Notes under the pieces: model-generated | What the model was told of the DNA's origin: nothing | Databases searched by the model: none | The model's input: only the letters and a program-made list of their open reading frames with translations | Made by a program: the position numbers and the translations under genes | Part shown: positions 43,276-53,010 of the stretch, in pieces | How the letters are laid out: every line of letters begins with the position of its first letter | Position numbering within the stretch: position 1 is the stretch's first letter | NCBI GenBank assembly: GCA_050746205.1 | Contig: JBOGKW010000002.1 | Span: forward strand, 1-60,942 | Source of the DNA: Terriglobales bacterium | Lineage (GTDB): Bacteria > Acidobacteriota > Terriglobia > Terriglobales > SCQP01 | Length of the DNA stretch: 60,942 nt | Reading direction: 5' to 3'

Positions 43276-46203
43276 ATGGATTTTGGCACCGAAGCGGAGA
43301 TGGCAAGGGCCACCGAAACTGGAACTGTTCCCTCCGAGACCCCGGCGGCGAGCCCCGCGCCCGCCCGTGCGGAACGGAGCGGCCCCGGGTTGGCCTTCCG
43401 CCGGCACTTCACCCGTCCCGGGCTTTCGCCCTACGAAGAGGTGCGGTGGGAAAAGCGGACGGCTCTGATCCAGAACGAGAAGGGCGAGACCATCTTCGAG
43501 CAGCGGGAGGTGGAGACGCCGCAGGACTGGTCGCAGACGGCGACCAACATTGTGGCCTCGAAGTACCTGCACGGGCAGCTGGGCGTGGACCGGGAGACCA
43601 GTGTGCGCCAACTGATCGCGCGCGTGGCGGAGACGATCCGCGACTGGGGCTGGGAGGGCGGATATTTCCGCAGTGAGGAAGACGCAGCCGTTTTTCATGA
43701 CGAGTTAGTGCACCTACTGATTCACCAGAAGGCGGCGTTTAACTCGCCGGTCTGGTTCAACTGCGGGGTGCACCGCCTGGAGCCGGACTCCGACGCCGCC
43801 AACTGGCACTGGGACGCGGCGCAGGGGGCTCCGGCTTTTGGCCGGGTAGGGTACCGCCGGCCGCAGTGCTCGGCCTGCTTCATCAACTCGGTGCAGGACT
43901 CGCTGGACAGCATCCTGACACTGGCCAAGACCGAGGGCATGCTGTTCAAATGGGGCTCGGGCACGGGGACCAATCTGTCTCCCATCCGCAGTTCGGCGGA
44001 GTCGCTCTCGGGCGGCGGCATTGCCAGCGGGCCGCTGAGCTTCATGAAGGGCTTCGATGCCTTCGCCGGAGTGATCAAGAGCGGGGGCAAGACGCGCCGG
44101 GCGGCGAAGATGGTGATCCTGAATGCCGACCACCCCGACATTGAGGCCTTCATCGCCTGCAAGGCCAAGGAAGAGCAGAAGGCGTGGACGCTGGTGCGGG
44201 CGGGCTACGACTCCTCGCTGGACGGCGAGGCCTATTCCTCGATCTTCTTCCAGAACGCCAATAACAGCGTGCGGGTGACGGACGACTTTATGCGCGCGGC
44301 CGAGGCGGGCGAGAGTTGGACCCTGCGCCGGGTGGCAGGCGACCGCGGCGTGATGCGGATGGTGAACGCGCGGGAACTGCTGGAGCAGATCGCAGCGGCG
44401 GCATGGCAGTGCGGCGACCCCGGCATGCAGTACGACAGCACCATCAACCGCTGGCACACCAGCAAGCACACCGGGCGGATCAACGCCTCCAACCCCTGCT
44501 CGGAGTACATGTTTTTGGACGACTCCGCCTGCAACCTGGCCTCGATCAACCTCATCAAGTTCGCCGGCGCCGGCGGGGCCTTCGATGTGGCCGGCTACCG
44601 CCAGGCGATTGACCTGCTCATCACGGCGCAGGAGATTCTGGTGGACAACGCCAGCTATCCGACACGGGCGATTACGCAGAACTCGCACGACTACCGGCCG
44701 CTGGGCCTGGGCTACGCCAACCTGGGAGCGCTGCTGATGGCCTACGGGCTGCCCTATGACAGCGACGCCGGGCGGGACTATGCCGGGGCGGTGACGGCGA
44801 TCTTGTCGGGCGAGGGCTATCTGCAGTCGGCACGGATCGCTGCGGCGCTGGGCGGCAGCGAGGGGGCCTTTCCGGGCTTCACCCGCAACCGCGAGCCGAT
44901 GCTGGACGTCATCCGCATGCACCGCGCTGGGGTGAACAACCTGCAGGCGCGCCACGTGGCGGAGCCGCTGTTGGGCGCGGCTCGCGCCTGCTGGGATGAA
45001 GCGCTGGAGGCCGGGGCCAAGCATGGCTACCGCAACGCCCAGGTGACGGTGCTGGCGCCGACCGGGACGATCGGCTTCATGATGGATTGCGACACCACGG
45101 GCATCGAGCCGGACCTGGCGCTGGTGAAGTACAAGAAGCTGGTCGGCGGCGGGGTGATCAAAATCGTCAATCAGAGCGTGGACAAGGCGCTGCTGAAGCT
45201 GGGCTACACGCCCCAGCAGTCGGCGGCGATCGTTTCCTACATTGACGCCACCGGGACCATCGAAGGGGCGCCGCATCTAAACCCCGGCCATTTGCCGGTG
45301 TTTGATTGCTCCTTCAAGCCGGCCAACGGCACGCGCTTCATTCACTATTCCGGGCACGTCAAGATGATGGCGGCCTGCCAGCCGTTCCTGTCGGGCGCGA
45401 TCTCCAAGACCGTGAACATGCCGGAAGCGGCGACCCCGGCGGACATCCTGCAGGTCTATGTGGACGCCTGGAAGTTGGGGCTGAAGGCGGTCGCCATCTA
45501 CCGCGACGGGAGCAAGAAGGCGCAGCCGCTGTCGGCCATGGCGGGCAGCGACGCGGCCAAGAGCGAGATCGTGGCCAGCGTGCAGGCGGCCGCGAGCGCG
45601 GCGCCGCCGCGGCCCTACCGGCGGCGGCTGCCGGACGAGCGGCAGTCGCTAACTCACAAGTTCAAGATCGGCGGCCACGAGGGCTACCTGACGGTGGGCA
45701 TGTACGAGGACGGGCAGCCGGGCGAGATCTTCGTGACCATGGCTAAGGAAGGCTCGACCATCGGCGGCTTGATGGACAGCTTCGCCACGGCGATTTCCCT
45801 GGCGCTGCAGCATGGGGTGCCGCTGCAACTGCTGGTGGACAAGTTCTCGCACACGCGTTTTGAGCCCAGCGGCTGGTCCGGCAACGCCGAGATTGGCTAT
45901 GCCAAATCCATCATGGATTACCTGTTCCGCTGGCTGGGGCTGAAGTTTTTGGGGCAGCAGCCACCCGCTCCCAAGGCGGCGGAAGCGCCGCACGGACCGC
46001 GGGGCGAGGCTCAAGAGCAACTGGAAGACGCGGGGCAGATGCCGCTGATCGCCGGCGCCAATAGCGGCGGCCAGGCCAGCGCCGGCGGGCGGGCGCTGAC
46101 CGGGCTGGATGCGCCGCCCTGTCCCAACTGCGGCAGCATGATGGTGCCCAACGGCGCCTGCTACAAGTGCGTCAACTGCGGCGAGACCAGTGGCTGCAGC
46201 TAG
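43276..46203 (+). CDS. nrdJ: Adenosylcobalamin-dependent (class II) ribonucleotide reductase with a C-terminal zinc ribbon
   Basis: 975 aa, with FNSPVWFNCG, SNPCSEYMFLDDSACNLASINL and TVNMPE motifs. C-terminal CPNCG...CYKCVNCG. Confidence 0.9.
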   Translation: MDFGTEAEMARATETGTVPSETPAASPAPARAERSGPGLAFRRHFTRPGLSPYEEVRWEKRTALIQNEKGETIFEQREVETPQDWSQTATNIVASKYLHGQLGVDRETSVRQLIARVAETIRDWGWEGGYFRSEEDAAVFHDELVHLLIHQKAAFNSPVWFNCGVHRLEPDSDAANWHWDAAQGAPAFGRVGYRRPQCSACFINSVQDSLDSILTLAKTEGMLFKWGSGTGTNLSPIRSSAESLSGGGIASGPLSFMKGFDAFAGVIKSGGKTRRAAKMVILNADHPDIEAFIACKAKEEQKAWTLVRAGYDSSLDGEAYSSIFFQNANNSVRVTDDFMRAAEAGESWTLRRVAGDRGVMRMVNARELLEQIAAAAWQCGDPGMQYDSTINRWHTSKHTGRINASNPCSEYMFLDDSACNLASINLIKFAGAGGAFDVAGYRQAIDLLITAQEILVDNASYPTRAITQNSHDYRPLGLGYANLGALLMAYGLPYDSDAGRDYAGAVTAILSGEGYLQSARIAAALGGSEGAFPGFTRNREPMLDVIRMHRAGVNNLQARHVAEPLLGAARACWDEALEAGAKHGYRNAQVTVLAPTGTIGFMMDCDTTGIEPDLALVKYKKLVGGGVIKIVNQSVDKALLKLGYTPQQSAAIVSYIDATGTIEGAPHLNPGHLPVFDCSFKPANGTRFIHYSGHVKMMAACQPFLSGAISKTVNMPEAATPADILQVYVDAWKLGLKAVAIYRDGSKKAQPLSAMAGSDAAKSEIVASVQAAASAAPPRPYRRRLPDERQSLTHKFKIGGHEGYLTVGMYEDGQPGEIFVTMAKEGSTIGGLMDSFATAISLALQHGVPLQLLVDKFSHTRFEPSGWSGNAEIGYAKSIMDYLFRWLGLKFLGQQPPAPKAAEAPHGPRGEAQEQLEDAGQMPLIAGANSGGQASAGGRALTGLDAPPCPNCGSMMVPNGACYKCVNCGETSGCS

Positions 46204-46229
46204 CGACACTCTCGGCGTATTCTAAAGAC

Positions 46230-47264
46230 ATGCAAATTCGCTCGCTTGGCCACAGCGGGCTGAAGGTCTCTTGTCTCTGCCTGGGCACCATGACTTTCGC
46301 CAATCAGGCCGACGAGGCCGAGGCGGGAGCGATCATGGACCGGGCCTGGGATTCCGGTGTCCATTTCTTCGACACGGCCGACGCCTATCCGGTGCCGCCG
46401 CTCCCGATCACGGCGGGGCGCACCGAGGAACGGATCGGGCGCTGGCTGGCCGCGCATGGGCCGGCGCAGCGGCAGAAACTGGTGCTGGCGACGAAGTGCC
46501 GCTTCCCCATGGGGGAGGGCCCCAATGATGGCGGCCTCTCGCGGCGGCATATTCTGGAGGCCTGCGAGGCGAGCCTGCAGCGGCTGAAAACGGACTGGAT
46601 TGACCTATACCAGGTTCATGCCCCCGACCCGAGCACGCCACTCGAGGAAACCCTGGGGGCGCTGGATGACCTGGTTCACCAGGGCAAAGTGCGCTATATC
46701 GGCTGCTCGAACTTCTCCGCCTGGGAGCTGGCGCTGAGCCTGGGCGCCAGCGAGCGCCGGGGCCTGACGCGGTTCATCAGCGCGCAGCCGCGCTACAACC
46801 TGCTGGCCCGCGACATCGAGGCCGAGCTGCTGCCCCTCTGCCGCCATCAGGGGATAGGGGTCATGACCTACAATCCGCTGGCGGGAGGCTTGCTGACCGG
46901 CAAGTACCAGAGCGGCGAAGCGCCGCCGCCGGGCACGCGCTTCACGCTGGGCGGACAGACTGGGGCCATCTACCGCGAGCGTTACTGGCAAGAAGCGTAT
47001 CTGGCGGTGGTGGAACGGCTGACGGAGCACTGTGCCGACCGAGGAGTTTCGCTGGCGCAGATGGCGATCGCTTGGGTGGTCGCGCAGCCCGGCGTGACCT
47101 GCGCCATCGTGGGCGCCAGCCGGGCCGGCCAGCTGGTGGAGACGCTGCCGGCGGCGCAGTTTGAGCTGACGCCGGAGGATCGCGCGGTCTGCGAGGCGGC
47201 CTGGTACCAGCTGCCGCGCCGCCCACCGCATATTGGCGCAGTCCAGCCGGAGCGGCGGCAATAA
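46230..47264 (+). CDS. Aldo/keto reductase
   Basis: LGHSGLKVSCLCLGTMTF, FFDTADAY, VLATK and YIGCSNF signatures. Confidence 0.85.
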   Translation: MQIRSLGHSGLKVSCLCLGTMTFANQADEAEAGAIMDRAWDSGVHFFDTADAYPVPPLPITAGRTEERIGRWLAAHGPAQRQKLVLATKCRFPMGEGPNDGGLSRRHILEACEASLQRLKTDWIDLYQVHAPDPSTPLEETLGALDDLVHQGKVRYIGCSNFSAWELALSLGASERRGLTRFISAQPRYNLLARDIEAELLPLCRHQGIGVMTYNPLAGGLLTGKYQSGEAPPPGTRFTLGGQTGAIYRERYWQEAYLAVVERLTEHCADRGVSLAQMAIAWVVAQPGVTCAIVGASRAGQLVETLPAAQFELTPEDRAVCEAAWYQLPRRPPHIGAVQPERRQ

Positions 47265-47607
47265 CCGCTCCCGGCGGCTCGGCCGCTCAGCGGCCCGATT
47301 CCGACAGGCCGGGCCGCCTCCCGGTGGCCCGGCGGTGGCCGTTCTTCGGCTGGCGTCCGGGCGGATGGGACTCGATCAGAACGTCATTCAGGCGTTCCAA
47401 GCCATCGGCGTAGTGGCGGCCCTCCGGGGTCACGACCAGTGTCGGCGCGTGGCGCGTCCCGGCCGCAACCGCGCCGCCCCGGGCTCCCGTTCCGGCGGCG
47501 CCCGAACACTGTCGAACGGTGCCGAACGGGACGGGGTTGCCAGGCGGGGTTGAACCTGAAAAGATGGGAGGTTCGCTATCCCGCGCAAAGGCCCGGACCC
47601 CTGCCTG

Positions 47608-48930
47608 ATGAACAACCGTACTGAGATCGCGCCCGCGGAGGGCAAACTTGGCGTTTTGATTCCCGGATTGGGGGCCGTCGCCACCACCTTCATCGCCGGC
47701 GTGGAGGCCATTCGCCGCCATGGGGCGGCGCCGATCGGCTCGCTGACGCAGATGGGCGCCATCCGACTGGGCAAGCGGACCGAGAACCGCAATCCGCCGA
47801 TCCGCGAGTTCGTGCCCCTAGCCCGGCTGGAGGATTTGGTCTTTGGCGGCTGGGATATCTACGAAGGCGACTGTTACCAAGCGGCCTCCCGGGCCGAGGT
47901 GTTGGAGCCTAAACTGCTGGAAAGCGTGCGCCCGGTGTTGGAGTCGCTGCGGCCGATGCCGGCGGTGTTCGACCCCAACTACGTCAAGCGGTTGCAGGGA
48001 CCGAACGTGAAGCCGAGCGCCAGCAAATGGGAGTTGGTGGAGGCGCTGCGCGCCGACATCCGTGGCTTCCAGCGCGCCAGCGGCGCAGCGCGCCTCATCA
48101 TGATCTGGTGCGGCTCGACCGAAGCTTTTCGCCGCCCTGGGGCGGTGCACGCCAGCTTGCCGGCGTTCGAGGCCGGGTTAAAGCGGAGCGACCCCGATAT
48201 CGCCCCCAGCATGATCTACGCCTATGCGGCCCTGCGTGAGGGCGTGCCCTACGCCAACGGCGCGCCCAACCTGACCACCGATATCCCGGCACTGCTGGAG
48301 CTATCCCGGGCCCAGGGCGCCCCCATCTGCGGTAAGGACTTCAAGACTGGGCAGACGCTCATGAAGACGATCCTGGCGCCAGGCCTGAAGGCGCGGCTGC
48401 TGGGCCTGTCGGGCTGGTTTTCCACCAACATCCTGGGCAACCGCGACGGCGAAGTGCTGGATGATCCGGAGTCGTTCAAGACCAAGGAAGAATCCAAGCT
48501 CTCGGTGTTGGAGCACATCCTGCAGCCGCAGGTGTATCCGCAGCTGTACAAGAACTTCTATCACAAGGTGCGGATCAACTATTATCCGCCGCGTGGCGAC
48601 AACAAGGAAGGCTGGGACAATATTGATATCTTCGGGTGGCTGGGCTACCCGATGCAGATCAAGATTGATTTTCTCTGCCGGGATTCGATCCTCGCCGCGC
48701 CCATCGTGCTGGATTTGGTGCTGTTCCTGGATTTGGCCCGGCGCTGCGCGGCGCTGCGGGATAAGGGCATTCAGGAGTGGCTGTCGTTTTACTTCAAGTG
48801 CCCCATCACCCCGCCGGGACTGTACCCCGAGCATGACCTGTTCATTCAACTGATGAAGCTGAAGAACACGCTGCGCCACCTCCAGGGGGAGGAGATGATC
48901 ACCCACCTGGGGCTGGAGTACTACGACTAG
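47608..48930 (+). CDS. ino1: Inositol-3-phosphate synthase (myo-inositol-1-phosphate synthase)
   Basis: KLGVLIPGLGAVATTFIAG (NAD-binding N-terminus), SGWFSTNILGNRDG and LCRDSILAAPIVLDL are characteristic of the MIPS family. Confidence 0.8.
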   Translation: MNNRTEIAPAEGKLGVLIPGLGAVATTFIAGVEAIRRHGAAPIGSLTQMGAIRLGKRTENRNPPIREFVPLARLEDLVFGGWDIYEGDCYQAASRAEVLEPKLLESVRPVLESLRPMPAVFDPNYVKRLQGPNVKPSASKWELVEALRADIRGFQRASGAARLIMIWCGSTEAFRRPGAVHASLPAFEAGLKRSDPDIAPSMIYAYAALREGVPYANGAPNLTTDIPALLELSRAQGAPICGKDFKTGQTLMKTILAPGLKARLLGLSGWFSTNILGNRDGEVLDDPESFKTKEESKLSVLEHILQPQVYPQLYKNFYHKVRINYYPPRGDNKEGWDNIDIFGWLGYPMQIKIDFLCRDSILAAPIVLDLVLFLDLARRCAALRDKGIQEWLSFYFKCPITPPGLYPEHDLFIQLMKLKNTLRHLQGEEMITHLGLEYYD

Positions 48931-49138
48931 GGGGCATGTCGAAGTAGCCCCGCCGAGCCGCATGGGGCAAACCGCCTGCCTTGCCTGCCGCCGCCCTCCG
49001 CGGGGTTAGGCTCCGGCGTTGCGCGCCGTCAGCCTCCGGACGACGGAATCCGCACCGCGCACCCAAGCTTGGAACCGGGCCCGACCGCGCACGGCGCGGC
49101 CGGCACGCCAGCCAGAGGCATACGCCAGCGGGGCACCC

Positions 49139-51613
49139 CTAGAAGGCGTGCCGCAGAGCGAGCACGTCCAGCGACAAGCCGACGCGCAGCGAGCGGCCGA
49201 GGGCGGGGTAGCCAAATGCCTGCTCGGTGACCTCATTGAAGGCGTTGTCCACAGCGCCGTGCAGCGTCAGAGCGCGGTTGAGGCGGAGGTAGCCGGTGAG
49301 GTTGAACAGGTGAAAGGCTGGCGCCAGATCGTGGTTCGGTAGCAGCAGGGTGTTGCCATAGTTGGCATCGGAGAGGAACGTGCTGGCGTCGCGGCGGCTG
49401 GCGGCGACCAGCCCGCCCATCAGGCTCCAGCGGGGAACCGCGTAGCCGAACTGGAAGCTGCCGGAGTCCGGGGCGGCCTCAAAGGGACGGCCGCCGACCA
49501 GGGGAGCGAAGGCGCCAATCGGCACGCCGGGAAAGGCCGGGTTGAGGGACGGAAACAACGCATCAGTGGACAAGCTGGACAGCACCCGGGCGTCCAAATA
49601 CGTATAGCTGACCCGGGACAAAAAGCCCAGCGCGCGCAGGCGGTAGTCCAATTCGAGGCCCTTGGCGCTCTCGTTGAGAGAGTTGAAGTCGGCGCCGAAG
49701 GGAGCGGGGGCCAGGGCCAGGCCACCCAGGCCGAGCAGCGCATAGGCAGTCGAGGGCACGAACTCAATCATGTTGTAGTAGCGGTTATCAAAGACGGTGG
49801 CGCTGAGGCGCATGTGCTCTCGCCACAGGAATTGATCCACCCCGGCGTCGAAATCGCGGCCCCGTTGCGGGCCGAGCGGACCGACGCCAATGGTCCGCGC
49901 TTCGGACGGGCCGCCCAGGGCGACGGCCAGCGCATAGAGCGAGGACTGCTCCTGGGAGAGCGTGGGATCCTTGAGGGCCGTTCCCGCGGAGACGCGGAGG
50001 CGGGTTTCGTCGAGCCACTTCCCGTGGCCGAGGCGCGGGAAAAAAGCGATGCTGGCCTGGGGGTTGGCGGTAGAGCCAAACGGCTGTTCACGGTCCACCG
50101 ACACGCCGCCGGCGGCAAACAGGCGGTTCCATAGGCCACCGCGGACCTCCGCGTAGCCGCCACTATCGGTCAAGCGGAGCGAAGCGGGGGTGATGGCGCG
50201 CTGGTCGTCATAGCGATAGCCGCCGATGACTTCCCAGCCCGGAGCAACGTGCCAAATGCTCTGCCACTGCGCCCGTTGGCTGCGCGTGTCCGACGTGTAG
50301 TCCATCGGATACAGCCCGCCGTAATCCAAAATAGCCTGGCCGGTGACCGAGTAGCCGTTGGCGCCGGTGATGGTAACCGGCTGGCCGACATAATTTCCAT
50401 TCACCAGCGTGCCCACCGGAGCGGGGTCAAAAAAGCCGTAATTGACCGCCGCCTGCCCGACCATCCAGTCATTTTCCCAATGCGGCGTAGTCCATTGATG
50501 CCAGGAGACGGTGTCGTAGGTTTCGCCTTCCTGGTCATAGGCGCCGTCGGCGATGCCGTAGAAGGCCACGGCGTTGGGGTTGCCGCCGGCGCTGCCCGCG
50601 TAATGGATGGTGAAGCGCAGGATGTTGTTGGCGTCGAGAGCCCAGCCGAAGTTGCCGCCATAGGTGCGGTCGAAGAAATGATCGTTCGGAATCTGGTTGT
50701 GGGTACCGAGATAACCGAACTCGGCGGCATAATCCCATGGACCGTAGCTGCCGGTGATGCTGTTGGAGCTTTGCTCGGTGGCGAAGGAGCCGTAGCTAAC
50801 GTCGGTGCGGAGTTCCGGTTCGAGCTGCTCGGCGCCGCTAGCCGAATCGAGCGACACCACGCCGGAGATGGCGTCGGAGCCATAGACGACGCTGTCGGGG
50901 CCGCGCAGAATCTGGACCTGGCTGATGCCGGCGGGCAGCAGCGTGGCGTAGTCAAAGTAGCCGAGTTCGGCCCGCTGGATCGGCATGCCGTCCAGGAGGA
51001 CGGTCGTAAACTGGTAGGTGCCGCCGCGAACGAAAAGCGAGGTCAGGCCGCCCACGGCGCCGTTGCGGACGATTTGCATGCCGGGCTGCTGGGCGATCAG
51101 CGCGGAGAGCACGAGCGGTTGCTGGCGGCGGATTTGGGCGGCGGTGATGGTGGAGACCGTGGCGCCAACTTGGGCGCCCGGTTCTGGCGCGCCCGTGGCG
51201 GTAACCACGACGGACTGCTCCACGGGGGATAAGGCAAGCGTGACGGCGTAGACGTAGGAAGCGCCAGAATGGAAGCGCAGAACGACACGCCGCGCGGCGA
51301 AACCCGGATGCTGGGCGCTTAGCCCGTAGGTGCCGGGAGGAATGGCGGCGAAGCGGTAGCTTCCGCCCGGGCCGCTTTTAGCGTGCAGCACCGTTTCGCG
51401 GTGAGCGCTGACCAGCTCCAGCTTGGCGCCGGCGACGGGACGACCCAACGCGTCGCGCACCGTTCCTGAGAGCGCGCTCGGGCGGGCGGCCGCGGGCGCG
51501 GGCCGGGAAGCCCCAGCGGCGGCACTCACCAGGACCAGGGAAAGGAAAGCAGCGACGGGGAAAAGAACACCCCGGCGCCGGCGGACCCGCCAAGACAGGC
51601 CACGAAATTGCAT
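49139..51613 (-). CDS. TonB-dependent receptor with an N-terminal carboxypeptidase-regulatory-like domain; likely corrinoid transporter by riboswitch context
   Basis: Signal peptide, GTVRDALGRPVAGAKLEL...GSYRFAAIPPGTY (CarboxypepD_reg), a plug region (DSVVYGSDAISGVV), and a beta-barrel ending ...LALRHAF. AGGAG RBS before ATG 51613. Confidence 0.85.
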   Translation of the reverse strand: MQFRGLSWRVRRRRGVLFPVAAFLSLVLVSAAAGASRPAPAAARPSALSGTVRDALGRPVAGAKLELVSAHRETVLHAKSGPGGSYRFAAIPPGTYGLSAQHPGFAARRVVLRFHSGASYVYAVTLALSPVEQSVVVTATGAPEPGAQVGATVSTITAAQIRRQQPLVLSALIAQQPGMQIVRNGAVGGLTSLFVRGGTYQFTTVLLDGMPIQRAELGYFDYATLLPAGISQVQILRGPDSVVYGSDAISGVVSLDSASGAEQLEPELRTDVSYGSFATEQSSNSITGSYGPWDYAAEFGYLGTHNQIPNDHFFDRTYGGNFGWALDANNILRFTIHYAGSAGGNPNAVAFYGIADGAYDQEGETYDTVSWHQWTTPHWENDWMVGQAAVNYGFFDPAPVGTLVNGNYVGQPVTITGANGYSVTGQAILDYGGLYPMDYTSDTRSQRAQWQSIWHVAPGWEVIGGYRYDDQRAITPASLRLTDSGGYAEVRGGLWNRLFAAGGVSVDREQPFGSTANPQASIAFFPRLGHGKWLDETRLRVSAGTALKDPTLSQEQSSLYALAVALGGPSEARTIGVGPLGPQRGRDFDAGVDQFLWREHMRLSATVFDNRYYNMIEFVPSTAYALLGLGGLALAPAPFGADFNSLNESAKGLELDYRLRALGFLSRVSYTYLDARVLSSLSTDALFPSLNPAFPGVPIGAFAPLVGGRPFEAAPDSGSFQFGYAVPRWSLMGGLVAASRRDASTFLSDANYGNTLLLPNHDLAPAFHLFNLTGYLRLNRALTLHGAVDNAFNEVTEQAFGYPALGRSLRVGLSLDVLALRHAF

Positions 51614-51654
51614 TGCACGCTCCTTGCGGGCCCACGCCCGCGAAACGCAACCGA

Positions 51655-51830
51655 TAATCACCTGGGGCAGGTCTCCTGGCTCGCGGGTCAAGGCCCGATC
51701 CTCGCCTTCCCCGGCGAACGGCGCCGAGTGGCATGCGGAGGACAAGCTCACCGCTTACAGTGGCGGGGCCGCGCGGGATTCACACCCGGCTTCCCTTTTC
51801 AGTCCCTTGCGGGACCACCCCAAGCACTCA
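51655..51830 (-). promoter_or_regulatory. Cobalamin (B12) riboswitch in the 5' leader of the TonB-dependent receptor
   Basis: The minus strand reads ...GGTGGTCCCGCAAGGGACTGAAAAGGGAAGCCGGGTGTGAATCCCGCGCGGCCCCGCCACTGTAAGCGG...GCCAGGAGACCTGCC. The last segment is the B12 box, plus-strand 51666-51680. The leader ends about 45 nt before the RBS. Confidence 0.9.
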
Positions 51831-51986
51831 AACAAACAGGAGTGAGTGTAGCACGCCGGGTCGCTGACGGCGTGGCGGATCGGATGTCAAGCCGGCGATG
51901 AGTAGTTCAGGCGCTCCCCGGTTTACCCGAGGAACTCCGGCGGCAGGTGAGGCGTAAAGTGAGAGGCGAGAGGATTCGGTCCATTA

Positions 51987-52970
51987 ATGGTGAAGAGCCA
52001 AGACATCCTGCGCGCCTGGGGGCGCATTTTGCGCGGCGACCAGCCCGCGCTCTCGATCGAGGTCACCAAGGAGTGCCCCTTGCGGTGCCCGGGCTGCTAT
52101 GCCTTCGACGCAGGCCATCTGGGCGGGGGCACGGTCCTGCGAGAGCTGCACGACCGCCGGGGCGACGAGTTGGTGGCTGGGGTTTTGGAGATCGTGGACC
52201 GCCTGCGGCCGCTGCATCTGTCCCTGGTCGGCGGCGATCCGCTGGTCCGTTACCGCGAGCTGGAGCGATTGTTGCCCCAGTTGGTGGCGCGAGGCGTGTT
52301 CGTGCAGGTCGTGACCAGCGCCTTCAGGCCTATCCCGGCCGCCTGGGCGGCGATGCCGAAGGTGGAGGTGGTGGTGTCCGTGGACGGGCTGCAGCCGGAG
52401 CATGACGCGCGCCGCGCACCCGCCACCTACAGTCGGATTTTGCGTCACATACATGGCCAACACGCCGTCGTGCATTGCACCATCACCGGGCAGATGACCA
52501 CGCGCGCGGACTACCTGGAGTCCTTTGTCCGCTTTTGGTCCGGCAATGCCGACGTGAAGAAAATTTGGATGAGCATCTTCACGCCGCAGCTGGGCGCCGC
52601 TGCGCCGGAGATTCCCACGCCCGAGCAGCGCGCCTGGATTATCGGCGAACTGCACCGGCTGCGGCTGGCCTATCCCCGCCTGGACATGCGCCACGGTTTG
52701 ATCGAGGAGTTTCGCCATCCTCCCGCCTCGCCGCAAGAATGCATCTTCGCCCAAGTCACGCGCACGATTTCGGCGGATCTGACCACACCCATTACGCCGT
52801 GCCAATTCGGTGGGCAACCGGACTGCGCCCGCTGCGGCTGCATCGCCTCGATGGGGCTAGCCGCGGTGGGCCATCACCATCTGCCGGGCGGCATTCCCGT
52901 GGGCGGGCTGTTCCGCCTCTCCGCGGCGATCGGCCGCCGGCGGCGAGCCGGTGGCACGGCTCAGGCCTGA
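51987..52970 (+). CDS. Radical SAM protein, HpnH/DUF3463-like architecture
   Basis: CPLRCPGC (CxxxCxxC) at residues about 30-37, GGDPL, and a C-terminal Cys cluster PCQFGGQPDCARCGC resembling the C-terminus of HpnH-type enzymes. Confidence 0.7.
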   Translation: MVKSQDILRAWGRILRGDQPALSIEVTKECPLRCPGCYAFDAGHLGGGTVLRELHDRRGDELVAGVLEIVDRLRPLHLSLVGGDPLVRYRELERLLPQLVARGVFVQVVTSAFRPIPAAWAAMPKVEVVVSVDGLQPEHDARRAPATYSRILRHIHGQHAVVHCTITGQMTTRADYLESFVRFWSGNADVKKIWMSIFTPQLGAAAPEIPTPEQRAWIIGELHRLRLAYPRLDMRHGLIEEFRHPPASPQECIFAQVTRTISADLTTPITPCQFGGQPDCARCGCIASMGLAAVGHHHLPGGIPVGGLFRLSAAIGRRRRAGGTAQA

Positions 52971-53010
52971 TCGCTCCTGGCTCCCCGCCGCGGTCGCGGC
53001 AGGCAGCCGA

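Noticed and set aside
47287-47721. 144-aa minus-strand ORF across the ino1 leader and start, with a locally protein-like stretch LVVTPEGRHYADGLERLNDVLIE
   Set aside because: It overlaps the ino1 start antisense and has no recognisable family. Most of the translation is Gly/Arg/Ala low complexity. It could be a gene remnant, but I cannot support that.
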